Below, in pieces: positions 13,798-24,893 of a DNA stretch of 64,000 nucleotides (its first letter is position 1; each line of letters starts with the position of its first letter). The position numbers and the translations under genes were made by a program. The DNA lies in assembly GCA_964016885.1 (NCBI GenBank), contig OZ024757.1, positions 13,330,001 to 13,394,000 on the forward strand, given 5' to 3'. Below the pieces are notes generated by a model that saw nothing but the letters and a program-made list of their open reading frames with translations, did no database searches and had not been told where the DNA came from. Source of the DNA: Eledone cirrhosa. Taxonomy: Eukaryota.

Positions 13798-14015
13798 TTT
13801 CTTATATAGGCACAAGGTCAGTAATTTGAGGGGAGGGGAAATTCGATTAAATCGACCCCAGTGCGTGACCGGTACTTTATTTTATCGACCCCATAAGGAT
13901 GAAAGGCAAAGTTAACCTCGGCAGGATTTGAGCTCAGATCATAAAGGGCCGTAACTCTATGCTGCAAAGCATGGCGTCCGACCCTCTACCGAAACTGCCA
14001 ATCCACCGCCCTCAG
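13798..14015 (-). mobile_element. tRNA-derived SINE (Meta-like central domain) with 20-bp TSD
   Basis: A-box-like TGGCAGTTTCGG, B-box-like GCTCAAATCC, TTTGCCTTTCATCC..GGGTCGATAAAATAAAGTACC. TSD GGGAATATTACTAATAATGG at 13778-13797 and 14016-14035. Confidence 0.9.
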
Positions 14016-14753
14016 GGGAATATTACTAATAATGGAAAGAGAAAAAGGAGCGTTGTACCAAATAATATTTTTATATCTGGATCTCCTCTTTATGTTATTG
14101 GAATGCTTATAGCTAGCTATATTACTATAAGTTCTGCCATGATTGGTTTCATTAGTGTATTTAATTCTGTCTGGATAACCAGCTCTGGATAGCGCGTTAT
14201 TGTAATAATTGGCATTAGTGTCAAAGATAAGTTTATTAGAAGATAGTTTAGAAATTCTTTTTTCAACATTTCTGACTATAGCTGTTTTAACATTAATAGG
14301 GTGGTTTGATTTAAAATTTACATAATTTAGGTTCTCATTATCCTTATGGTATGGGTAATATAGGCTGGTGTCAAGATTAAGGGATACATCCAGGAAGTTA
14401 GCTAATTTAACGTTGTTCTCAAATTCAATTTTTAGGTTAAGGTGCTTAAATAGATCAAGTATATTATTCTTGATAATATTAAGGTTTACTATGTTACAGT
14501 TTAAGGCAGTAAAAACATTTTTAACCATCTTTTAATTTCTTCTTATATATACTCCAGTCCAATATACTGTTGAGTGCTACTTATCCGATATTTGCATTGC
14601 TTTATTGTTTTACAATAAAACTCACCTCTTATATATATATATATAGGAACGAGTAGGACCCCGATGACTGAGCTCAAGCCGTTTCGACGGCTAATTCTGG
14701 ACTATATATATATATATTCAAGGATATGAAATGAAATTATCATTTATTCTTTC

Positions 14754-14870
14754 ATTTCTACGCCCGTTTCAATACAGCTAAAATTCCACATCCATTTGCA
14801 GTACAGCTGAAAATTATCACAATTATCCTCATCATGGGTGCTTTATCCCAACCATATCTCTTCAGGAAAT
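14754..14870 (-). ncRNA. Type I hammerhead ribozyme with extended stem II (solo pLTR end)
   Basis: AUUUC | CUGAAGA | GAUAUGGUU..(~70 nt)..AGCUGUAUU | GAAAC GGGC GUA | GAAAU, followed by AAUAAA and then (TA)n. Confidence 0.7.
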
Positions 14871-15231
14871 ATTATTTAGAACAAAAAACAAAATAATAAA
14901 TTACAACAATAAGACAATTTCAAGATAACAACAAAAGTCTAAATGCCTACATGTAGCGAATACATGCGCAAAGGGTCGGTGATGTCACTTCTGCCCAACT
15001 ATCTGACCATCTTGCTACAAACATTTAATTAGGCCATACGATTCAACTGTTATGCAGAAGTGTTTATAAAAAAACACGCAAGGTTATAAGTTTGTGTTTT
15101 TTTCAAAAAGTTTTTGTAAGATTTCCGTGAATTGGTTAATCTAGAAGATTGTTGAAATTTTTCATTATAAAGATATGGAAGTTTGTTATTTCAGTTATGA
15201 GAAAAGTATTTGAAAAGCAGTTGGCCATTGA

Positions 15232-15370
15232 GAGTTGACCTCAGATCGCTGAAACTCACGGAGGAGATGATGAAGGACCGTGACAAGTGGAGTGATGCTG
15301 TGCTGAATAGGACCCATCACACCCTTGCAAGAAGGGAAAAGCAGACGTAAAATGATGATGATGATGATGA
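15232..15370 (+). mobile_element. RTE LINE extreme 3' end with (GAT)n tail
   Basis: DLRSLKLTEEMMKDRDKW..AVL, then CAGACGTAAAATGATGATG; same end type as the 21738 element. Confidence 0.7.
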
Positions 15371-15519
15371 GTAGATGTATATAATTACTGTGTTCTAATC
15401 TGGCTTGGAAATCAAAGTTATACTGGAATAGCTTCTATCTTCGGCTAGACATTTCAATTATTGTTCAAACTCATCTGCTTATATTTTTACTTTCAGTTTT
15501 GATATATTCAACCATAAAT

Positions 15520-15960
15520 CTGTCCAGTTATTCTTTCCTGAAATATTCTAACTACATGTCCATAGTATCAGAGCTGTGATCTCTCAATTAAGAGAAGTAG
15601 CGGATCTACCTAGAGTGATTCGCTGATATCCAAGCTATGCACTTTATCGAGTAACATTACTCCAAAGACCCTTCAGAGGAACCCTATTTTGGTCGCTTGT
15701 ATTTGCGATCATATTCTTTCAGTCATTACCCAAGATCCATAACCATAGGTAAGGGTTGGCACAAATACCAAATTGAAAATAGCGTACTTGGCTTTTATAC
15801 CTACCTCCCTTCTTCTGATTAACAAATGCTGACACTGGCACATTACTGCACCAGCCCCTACAATTCTTGCACTTAATTCAGCCTTCTGGCTCCCATCACT
15901 TGTAAACATGACCCCGAAATACTTGAACTTCTCCACCTGTTTCAGTGGAACTCCATTCAC
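15520..15960 (-). mobile_element. RTE/Expander-like LINE RT C-terminal fragment
   Basis: LKQVEKFKYFGVMFTSDG..VPTLTYGYGSWVMTERI..ERSQL*YYGHVVR. Confidence 0.8.
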
Positions 15961-15964
15961 ATGT

Positions 15965-16196
15965 TAAGTGGTGTTAGTGGTGGTGCTGTTGTTGGAGATG
16001 GTGGTGATGGTGGTGGTTGTAGTGGTGCTAGTGTTTTTTTTAGTCGTGGTTGTGATGTTGTTGTTGTTGGTGGTGTTGGTGGTAGTGGTGGTGGTAGTGG
16101 TGGTGGCAGAGGTGGTGGTGTTGGTGGTCGTGACATTGGAGGCGGTGGTGGTGTTGGTGGTGGTCGTGACATTGGAGGCAGTGGTGGTGTTGTTTA
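15965..16196. repeat. (GGT)n/(GTT)n low-complexity tract
   Basis: Direct inspection. Confidence 0.9.
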
Positions 16197-16289
16197 GTTC
16201 TAAGTCAGCTCTGATCCACAACAGGCTGATATGTCCTTGTTTTACATAGCAATACCAGGTTAGGGTTGCTGACCTAGAATGATCCCAGC

Positions 16290-16408
16290 TGAGTAAACTG
16301 AAGCAACATGAAATAAAGTGTCTTGCTCAAGGACACAACACACGGCTTGGTCGAATTGACAATCTCATGAGTGCGGCTCAATGCTCTAACCATTAAGTCA
16401 CACACCAT
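16290..16408 (-). mobile_element. CORE-type SINE fragment
   Basis: Minus strand GTTGTGTCCTTGAGCAAGACACTTTATTTCATGTTGCTTCAGTTTACTC, a CORE/V-like domain preceded by a degenerate tRNA head. Confidence 0.55.
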
Positions 16409-16649
16409 CACGGAGAACCAATAAAGGAACTCCTATACAAATGGTCCCTAACCTGGGTTCATATCAACACAAAAGGTTCACTAAAATATTTTGGGGGTTT
16501 GTGTAAAAAAAGGGTTGTGTGGAGGATTCATCACAGCAGATTCAGGCTGAAAGAGAGCCCATGGCAAACCCTGCACCAGATTGCTGGATGTCATTAAGGA
16601 AGATCTTTAGAGGATGCAGAAGGGCTGGCACAGGTCCACTAGCAACGTA

Positions 16650-16835
16650 AGGCACAGGACGACGATGGAAAGCACAGGACGACCAGTGATGGAGGGCACA
16701 GGATGACCGGCGATGGAGGACACAGGAAGACGATGAAGGACACAGGACGACCGGCGATGGAGGACACAGGATGACTAGTGATGGAGGGCACAGGAACACC
16801 AGCGATGGAGGGAACAGGACGACCAGCAATGGACC
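16650..16835. repeat. ~24-bp GC-rich minisatellite (CACAGGACGACCAGCGATGGAGGG), about 8 copies
   Basis: Direct inspection. Confidence 0.85.
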
Positions 16836-17117
16836 ATGACAGTTCTATGCACGATGACCCCTCTGGGATCGCTGACCAGGATGATTCCAGTCCCATTGAG
16901 CAAGAGCTCAGAAGAAGAAGAAAAATGTGTGTATGAGGGGAGGGGTTCTCCTGTACAGTTTATCAGTTTTAACTTATCTTTTGACATTCTGAAAAGAAGA
17001 AAATATTTGTGAGAAAACCTCAATGTTGACCTTGAATCTGGCAGAAATAGCAGCTAAGTAACCTAGTAGTGTTTTGTAAAGGAAGGACATATCAACCTCT
17101 TCTGGATCAGAGCTGAC

Positions 17118-17418
17118 CTCACTACCCCCACCACCATCACTACCACCGCAACAACAATCACCCCCCCCCCCACACTACCACCACCCCACACCCCCACCAA
17201 AACCACATTAAACCATAACCACTGCTACCACTACAATCTACCACAGTAAATCATAACCACTTCCACCACTACAATCTACACCACCATAACCACCACATCA
17301 CCACCACCACCACACCACCACCACCACTACCACCACCCACATTACCCACACCACCACTACCACCACCCACATTACCCACACCACCACTACCACCACCCAC
17401 ATTACCCACACCACCACT
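17118..17418. repeat. (CCA)n low-complexity tract with 30-bp sub-repeats
   Basis: ATTACCCACACCACCACTACCACCACCCAC repeated at 17341, 17371 and 17401. Confidence 0.9.
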
Positions 17419-17535
17419 GATTTTTAAATGATTTTTAAATGGATTAATTTTAGTTCTAAAGATAAACTTCCTAATATTATTAAGTTTAAAACCTACTTTC
17501 CCTTACTTTTGTAGTAAGGTACCTAAAACAGTATT

Positions 17536-17680
17536 TGGTGGAGTTGTTAGACAACCAGATAGAATACTTTGTGGTACTAGTTCCAGCTCTCTGTTCTCTG
17601 AGTTCAAATCCCACCAAGGTCAACTTTGCCTTTCATCCATTTAAGGTTGATAAGAAAGTACCAGTCTAGTACTGGGGTTA
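17536..17680 (+). mobile_element. Old tRNA-derived SINE (Meta-like domain)
   Basis: GAGTTCAAATCCCACCAAGGTCAACTTTGCCTTTCATCC..GTTGATAAGAAAGTACCAG. Confidence 0.75.
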
Positions 17681-18142
17681 ATTCTTCCTCTATGTATATC
17701 TCTGTCACACTTTCTCTCCCTTTATCATTCTCTGGAAGAAATCTGCTGTACTCACACCTGCAGAGGAGATAGGTTCTGCCAAGTTTTAAAATGCCCTAGA
17801 AATGCCTCCCCCTGCAAATCCCTCATGAGTTACAAATCCATACATACAGTAAGGTGCCTACAAAATCTAAATTATTAGAAAACAACTGCTTGAGTATTTC
17901 CTAGAGAAAATTGATATAAATTGAACTAGTTCTCAAAAACTATGTCATAGAAGGACTTTTGTCTCATACAAGCTGGTATAAAATCAATATCACGTTTGTG
18001 TACACTATCTGTTTACTAAATGTAATATGTAATAAGTATCATTAAGTCTTAACGTCCTGTACCACACGAGGCCACATTTACAAGAGATTCTTGAAAAGTG
18101 CAAAACTACACGATGACTACCTCAAATAAAAAAATAATTGAA

Positions 18143-18385
18143 GTCTTCTTCTTTGCCCACTTATTTCTGAGAGGGTCGAAGGGGCAGAGTCCTCAAACAC
18201 TCCTTACAGCGGGTCCTGTCAGAAGCAACCATCTCTAATGGATCTCCAAGTGAGACCAGCCAAGCTCATGGATGTTATTCAACCATCTTGCTCAGGGTCT
18301 ACCCCTGGGTCTCCTGTCAGTTTGTTTTGTCCATAAAATTTGTCCAGTAATTCTTATGTCCATAGTATCAGAGCTGTGATCTCTA
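18143..18385 (-). mobile_element. RTE LINE 3' fragment, same family as 15520-15960
   Basis: Shares ATGTCCATAGTATCAGAGCTGTGATCTCT with 15556-15585. Translation RITGQIL..RRPRGRP*ARWLNNI; short (GAA) tail. Confidence 0.7.
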
Positions 18386-18711
18386 TGTAGAGGACCCTGT
18401 TAAAAAAGTATATTGGAGTCTCTATTTCATGCGGCAATATCTGGTGATGTGCCTATGACCTGTCCTGGGGTGGGGTGGATACACAAAGATTGCATATCCT
18501 GAGACCCCAAAGAGGGTTTGGAAGGGAGCAAACCTAATTGAAGTCTATATTGCAAATTTTAATAATCTGTTCACCAATAAAAAATACTATAAACGTTTGC
18601 ATTAACAAGCCCATTTTTAGATATTTGTATTGCTAAATCATTATAGTATGTTAAGAGTTAAACTAAAGAAGAGTATATTTTGGTAGGGAGTATTAATAAT
18701 AAAGGTATTAA

Positions 18712-18890
18712 GTTGGCAGAGACATTATGGTATTGAATATCATATTTTAGTTTATTCATTCTGACTCTGTTCCCTGAGCTCAGAACTTTCCACAGTCAGC
18801 TTTGCCTTTTTTCTTGTCAGAGTTGATAAATAAAATAAAATTTTAGTAGCTGGGTTGATAAATAAAATACCAGTTAAGTATTGGGTCTAC
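18712..18890 (+). mobile_element. Degenerate SINE copy
   Basis: GTCAGCTTTGCCTTTT..GTTGATAAATAAAATACCAGTTAAGTATTGGG. Confidence 0.55.
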
Positions 18891-19072
18891 TCCTCTTCTC
18901 ACATTCTGTTTGTGTATGTCATTTTCCTTGGAAGAAATTGACTGAGGTCAGGTCCGAAGAGGGTTGGACCTCACCAGGCTTAAAATACATACTGTACACC
19001 AGTCTAATGAGTCTCTGACTAGTTGACAGATCATTTCAATAGATTAACATTAAAATAGAAATCAGAGCCACT

Positions 19073-19107
<35 letters not shown>

Positions 19108-19108
19108 T

Positions 19109-19503
19109 AGACCTGACCTGGTGGTTTTGGACAAGGGAAAAAGATTGTGCCTGATTGTGGATGTAGCCTGCCCATTCGACACGAGAGTGCAAGAGAAGGA
19201 GAGGGAGAAAATTAACCGATACCAGGACTTAAAGTGGGGGGTAAAAAGGATTTGGAACTGCCATGAGGTCAAAGTGGTCCCGATTGTCATAGGCGCACTA
19301 GGTACTATCTCAAAGAGTTTCCAAGGATGGTTAAAGAAAATTGGTCCCACCCCACTTTTTGGAACACTTCAAAAGGCATGCTTGCTGGGGACAGCAAGAA
19401 CCCTCCGATACGTCCTGAATATCTGAGGCTGCAGGTAGTGACTTGATATTCATTTCAACAAACTTTCCAGTTAAATAACATCAATGACTGAGACTCAAAG
19501 AAC
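19109..19503 (+). mobile_element. R4/Dong-like RLE retrotransposon, 5'-truncated 3' end, flanked by (TAA)n on both sides
   Basis: RPDLVVLDK..IVDVACPFD..KEREKINRYQDLK..W..VKVVPIVIGALG..LQKACLLGTARTLRYVL*. Confidence 0.9.
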
Positions 19504-19520
19504 AATAATAATAATAATAA

Positions 19521-19582
19521 TTTTTCTACTTTTGGCACAAGGCCAGCAATTACCCAGTGCATTACTGGTACTTTATTTTATT
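19521..19582 (-). mobile_element. SINE 3' fragment
   Basis: TTTCTACTTTTGGCACAAGGCCAGCAATTACCCAGTGCATTACTGGTACTTTATTTTAT. Confidence 0.8.
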
Positions 19583-20703
19583 TACAATAATAATAATAAT
19601 AATATAATTCATATTGAAAATGGGACATAAGGCACCAGCCTTAGCTCTCAGGAAGTGAGAACCCATAACACCCTGGCATAAGGCTCAAATATTTAATTTT
19701 ATATCAACAATTTTATATGCAAAAAAAAAAATGGTTACAAATGGAAGAAAACCCCTCTGTGTACACTAAATACAACAGCCAGAAAACGGCAATTTCACAA
19801 CCGCTGCTGCCGCCACCACTGCCACCTCCATCAATTTGACATAAAATTTGCTGAGATGGAGAGGGAAGGTAACAGTAGGACTAGAAAAGACTAGAAAGGA
19901 AGAAGCTACCAAAAGATAGACTGACTTAGTGACCTGGTCAAAATGAAATTTTGAACATCTCAACATTAACAGCTATAATGACACCCAAGTCCCCCACCAA
20001 CAATAGAACTCCCCCTCTTCCCTTTCAGAAAAAAACCCAGCACCACCAGCATAGCCAACAACAACAAGGCAACTTCAACAAAGGCCACAAGTATATTATA
20101 TTAATAATCTCTTTAGTAGCCACACAGGGCACACATTAAGGAATCACTCATAATAATAGCAATTAAAAAAAACAACCTGTGACCGAGAAATACCTGGATG
20201 GTAGCCGGCAGGGATTAGCCGTGTCTCAAGAGGAGGACGATCCCTCTAGTCTTGGTTGACACTCGTCCTAGGAGTGGTAACTCGAAATGATTACCCCTTG
20301 GCAGTTAAGGATAAAACGCAACAAAATAAATCCAATGTCAAATGATAAAAACTCATACCGGATCGGCCGTCACTCGGGACAAAAAGAGCAGTGTCCCGCA
20401 GAGAGGAACCATACTGGGGTCGAAGAATCAGCTAATGGTTCAAACATTCCCATCAATTCCCGAGCTGGAGACCTCCCATAACCAGAATACTCTTACTGAT
20501 GGCCCTCAATGCTCACCACCAAGAATTCCAAAGAAAAAGAGAAAAAAATGGTCAAGGGAAGACAATAAAAAAGTCCTTGAGGCTTTCTACACTGCCATGT
20601 ACTACCCATCAAATACATCGAATATATCAACTGGAAAAAGAAACATCCCGAAAACAGAGGCTATATTGACAGTAACAAACTAGCCAATATATGAAGAAAT
20701 ATT

Positions 20704-20886
20704 TGTTTCTACTTTTGGCACAAGGCCAGCAAATACCCAGTGTATTACTGGTACTTTATTTTATAGACCCTGTAAGGATGAAAGGCAAAGTTAACCTCGG
20801 CGGGATTTGAACTCAGAATGGAAAGGGCCGTAACTCTTTGCATCAAAGCATGGCGTCCGACTCTCTACCAATACTGCCAATCCACC
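20704..20886 (-). mobile_element. tRNA-derived SINE with 10-bp TSD
   Basis: A box TGGCAGTATTGG, B box GTTCAAATCC. TSD AAGAAATATT at 20694-20703 and 20887-20896. Confidence 0.92.
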
Positions 20887-21737
20887 AAGAAATATTGTTA
20901 AGAAGAAGTTACTAACTGATATAGAAACTGATCAGATCAAGCAATTAGCGCAAAGTCAGCGAAGGGAAAATGAAACATGTGTCAGTGAAAACAAAGTAAA
21001 TCTCAGGGTGGGGACAGAATCACTGACAGCAGAACAAATTAAAGAAAGGATCGAAAGTGGAAGGAATACATGCTCAAGATGAAACTCAAAATGAAAACAA
21101 TGATATCGTCAATGATAAAGAAATGAATAAGAATGAATTCGCCAACTTGAAGAATGAAATTACGATCGAATGGATGAAAATGAAAGAATCTGACACGGGG
21201 GAACTCCAAACAAAACCAAAAGATAATACACAAAACTAACATAACTCTCAAAGACATTATCATCCCAAATAAACTAAACATTACTGATTTAAATCATCTC
21301 TATTATGCATCGGCTAAAGTCACCACTCACTTATGTGGAGTGAAAATGAAAAAAACAAAGGAATCCCCACAAAAAACCTACTTGGCAAGAGAACATCAAT
21401 CACCAAATAAACCTTCTTCGATCTGACATAGACATTTTAGCAAACTACAAAGTAGGTAAACATGTTAAACAAACTAAACTCAGAAAATTGAAAAGAAAAT
21501 ACAATATAAAATCAACAAGCGACATAGAAATGATGATAGAAACAATCAAGCAAAAAGTGTCGGCCACAGCTGCTCATATAAGGTGCTTTAAAAAACGATC
21601 TAGATTCTATAAGGACAATAATATGTTCAAAAACAACCAAAAAAACTTCTACAGAAAAATTGGCAAGTCAACAATAACTACTAAATCAATACCACCCAAG
21701 GAGGATGTGCAAGAATTCTGGGAAATTCATGGATAGA

Positions 21738-24700
21738 CATCATCATCATCATCATCATCAACGTTTAACGTCCGTGTTCCATGCTTGCATGGGTTTGGAC
21801 GGGGGTAGTCCCACTTGAGGCAAGAGTGATTGTCTTGCTCGCATAGGACTGTCTGGCAGGTTTTCTACAGTTGGATGCCCTTCCTAACACCAACCACATT
21901 TACAGTGTGGGTCTGGGAGGTTTTTACCGTGTTGCCTACACGGCCACATTACAGCGTGGACTGTGTGTTTTTTTGTCGTGACACCTACACGATCTCATTT
22001 GTTTCGGCCTGGATGGCGCGGCACCAACATAACTTTACATAGAACGGGGTGGTGTGGATGGGGTGGTGGTGGTGGGACGGGGTGTATTTTGTTAGAGATG
22101 CCTACTGGCTGTAGTAGGTTTTACTATGTATTTAGGTAAGGCGGGTCTTCTCTGTTACTGAGTACCGCCAAAGGTCTCGGTCCAGTGACATTGTCTTGGA
22201 GAGGTGTAAGTGTGTGAGGTCGGAGTTTATCAGCTCGTCCCAGGTTTTTCTAGGTCTGCCTATTCCGTGGCTACCGTCTATCTTTATTGCCCTGCACTTT
22301 GTTATACAGCTATCGACTTTCATGCGCATCACGTGTCCATACCAACGTAGCCTTCTCTCGAGTAAACAACATCTGATCCCTCTTATTTCTAATTTTTTCC
22401 TTAGTTCGTTTATGCTTTGTCGTTCACGTATATTACTGTTACACATCCAGCGGAGCATGCAAGCTTCGTTCCTCTCTAGTCTGCGTATATCCTCTGCACA
22501 CAATGCCCAGGTCTCACTGCCATGCAACATTACTGTTCGTATGCAGGCATCGTACAACCTGCCTTTCATTTTTAGGGAGAACCCTTTAGCAGCTTTAGCA
22601 GCTAATAGTGGTATAAGCTATCTGAACTTTTTCCAACCAGTTCTGACTCTAGCTACTGTACTTTCAGAGCACCCTCCCCACTGCTGCTTTTATCGCCCAG
22701 GTAACGGAAGCTGTCCACTATTTCTATAGAACCCTCTGCGCAATTGAAAGAGCTAGTATTTTGTGGGCACTTGCTGCTACTTATTGCACCAGAGCACCGG
22801 CCACATGTAAAATCTATGTTCTTGGTTAGCTTATCTGTGATCCCACTACATCTTTTATGCACCCATACTTTGCATTTAGGACATAAAATGGAGTTTCTAC
22901 CTACGCCTTTCCTACACACTGAGCATGACCATTTCCCAGAAGGGACCGCCACCTTATTTTCTTTCCTACAAACTAGAACTTTAGTCTTAGCCAGGTTAAT
23001 TTTAAGTCCTTTTGATTCTAGGCCGTGCTTCCACGTTTGGAATTTCTTCTCTAGCTCGGCCATTGATTCAGCTATGAGTGTCAGGTCGTCTGCGTATAGG
23101 AGTTCCCATGGGCAGCCGGTCTTGAACTCCTCTGTTATAGCCTGAAGGGCAATAATAAATAGTAGGGGTTTGAGAACAGAGCCCTGATGTACGCCAACTT
23201 TTACGCTAAACTCTTCACTATATTCGTTGTTAATTCTAACCTTGCTGACTGTTTCTTTATACATGGCTTGTATAGCTCTCACAAGCTATTCGTCAACGCC
23301 TAGTTTTCTAAGAGCCCATCAGATAATGGAGCAGGGGACTCTGTCGAAGGCTTTCTCCAAGTCGACAAAAGCTAAGTAGAGGGGTTTACTTTTAGCTAGG
23401 TACTTCTCCTGTAGTTGTCGTACAATGAAAAGAGCGTCTGTGGTACTTTTGCCTGACACAAACCCGAACTGCATTTCATCTAGGTCAATTCTCTCTCTGA
23501 TTAGTTGCGCTATTACTTTTTCCGTGACCTTCATGACCTGGTCGATTAATTTAATGCCTCTATAGTTACTCCTATCTAGGGCGTCTCCTTTACTCTTATA
23601 ACAGTTAACGATGATGCTGCTATGCCAGTCCTTCGGAACAACCCCATTCTGTACGACTTGGTTAACTATGTGGGTGACCATGGTGTGTCCCACCGTGCCA
23701 GATGCCTTCAGCATCTCAGCAACTATTTCCGAAGGCCCAGCCGCCTTACCCGTCTTCATATCCTTGATTGCCTTACTTATTATACTCCCCTCGACTAACA
23801 CTGCTGGTCCCTCTATTGGGTCGATATGGGGGAGACTGTCTTTCTCCCATTTATTCTCCTCATTTAGTAGCCTTTCATAGTGACACTTCCAAGCTACCTT
23901 CTTATCAGTGTCGGTGATGGCAAGTACGCCGTCATCATTAAGTACACACTTCTCCCCGACAATATCACGGTTTTCCTTGACGCATTGCCTAGCAATCCTG
24001 AACACCTCACGTTTTTGGTCCTCGCGTTGTAGAACATGCTTGAACTTTCTTTCCTCTGCTTCCCTTCTTGCTAAGTACACTTGTCTCCTAGCTTCCCTCC
24101 TGGCCACTTGATAGTCTTCTCTACTTCCCCCATCCCACCATACTTTCCAAGCCTGCTTTTTGGCCTTAATTGACCCCTCCACCCTACTGTTCCACCACCA
24201 TGTTACTCTTCTCCTGCCTACAGGCCTGCTCCAGCCACAGACTTCGTCTGTCGCCATCAGCAGGTTTGCTTTCAGAAATTCCCAGTCCCTCTATATTGTC
24301 CGACTCTAAATGCTCTTCCTTACTGTCGAAAGCATCAAGTAATATGCTTTGAAATTTATTTCTGGCTGTGGGGTCCTTTAGCTTCCATATTTTTCTCCTG
24401 AGGATAGTCCTCTTCTGCTGTCGAGTATGTCTCGTCCTGACTATGAGGTCGCTAATTATCAGTCTATGTTGGGAGGTGCATTCTTCATGGGGGAGGGATT
24501 TAGTGTTTACAACAGACACTCTGTCACGTCTTCTGGTAAGGATATAATCTACCTGGCTTGTGTGTTCCCCGGATCTATAGGTGATCAGGTGATTGTCACG
24601 TTTTTTGAAGTTAGTGTTACAGATAGTTAGGTTATTTGCGTCACAGAATTCCAGGATTCTGGAGCCTTCCTCATTTCTAGTACCAAACCCATAGCCTCCA

Positions 24701-24893
24701 TGGATTTCGTCGTAGCCGTCACAATGTTGTCCAACATGACCATTTAGGTCACCTGCAATAATTATATAGTCACTGTCGGATATTTGGGAGGTAGTTAGCA
24801 TCAGTGTCTCATAGAATCTGTCTTTTATAGTGCCGGGCAGTCCGGATTGGGGTGCGTACGCAGATATTACTGTCACCGTAGTTCTATTGAGGA
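21738..24893 (-). mobile_element. RTE-clade LINE (APE, RT, PHD-like finger), 5'-truncated, (GAT)n tail
   Basis: APE: ISAYAPQ, AGDLNGHVG, SQVDYIL, SQHR. RT: NYRGIKL, QFGF, FVDLEKAFD, GVHQGSVL, LLYADDL. C-terminus: LHGSETW, RLRWYGHV. 3' hairpin CCATGCAAGCATGG, then GACGTTAAAC(GAT)n. Confidence 0.93.

Larger units (their letters stand above)
11785..14530 (-). mobile_element. 5'-truncated Naiad-like Penelope element: RT C-terminus, linker, zinc finger and GIY-YIG endonuclease, 3' pLTR with hammerhead
   Basis: NFLDVSLNL..PYHK..SNHP..WYNAPFS. After removing the SINE at 13798 the frame continues KLFFRALDNCFPPSHIYSKIFNKHTIKFSY. Then CNCPNRTKCPLNNYC (CxCx5Cx5C), LVYECKV..YFG..FKARLYNH..LSELIW..CNLCLAEK..CIHK. 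Confidence 0.88.

Noticed and set aside
15957-16249. Pro-, Gly-, Thr- and Val-rich ORFs
   Set aside because: Translations of a (GGT)n tract.
20704-20886. tRNA gene
   Set aside because: The A and B boxes belong to a multi-copy SINE with TSDs; no cloverleaf.
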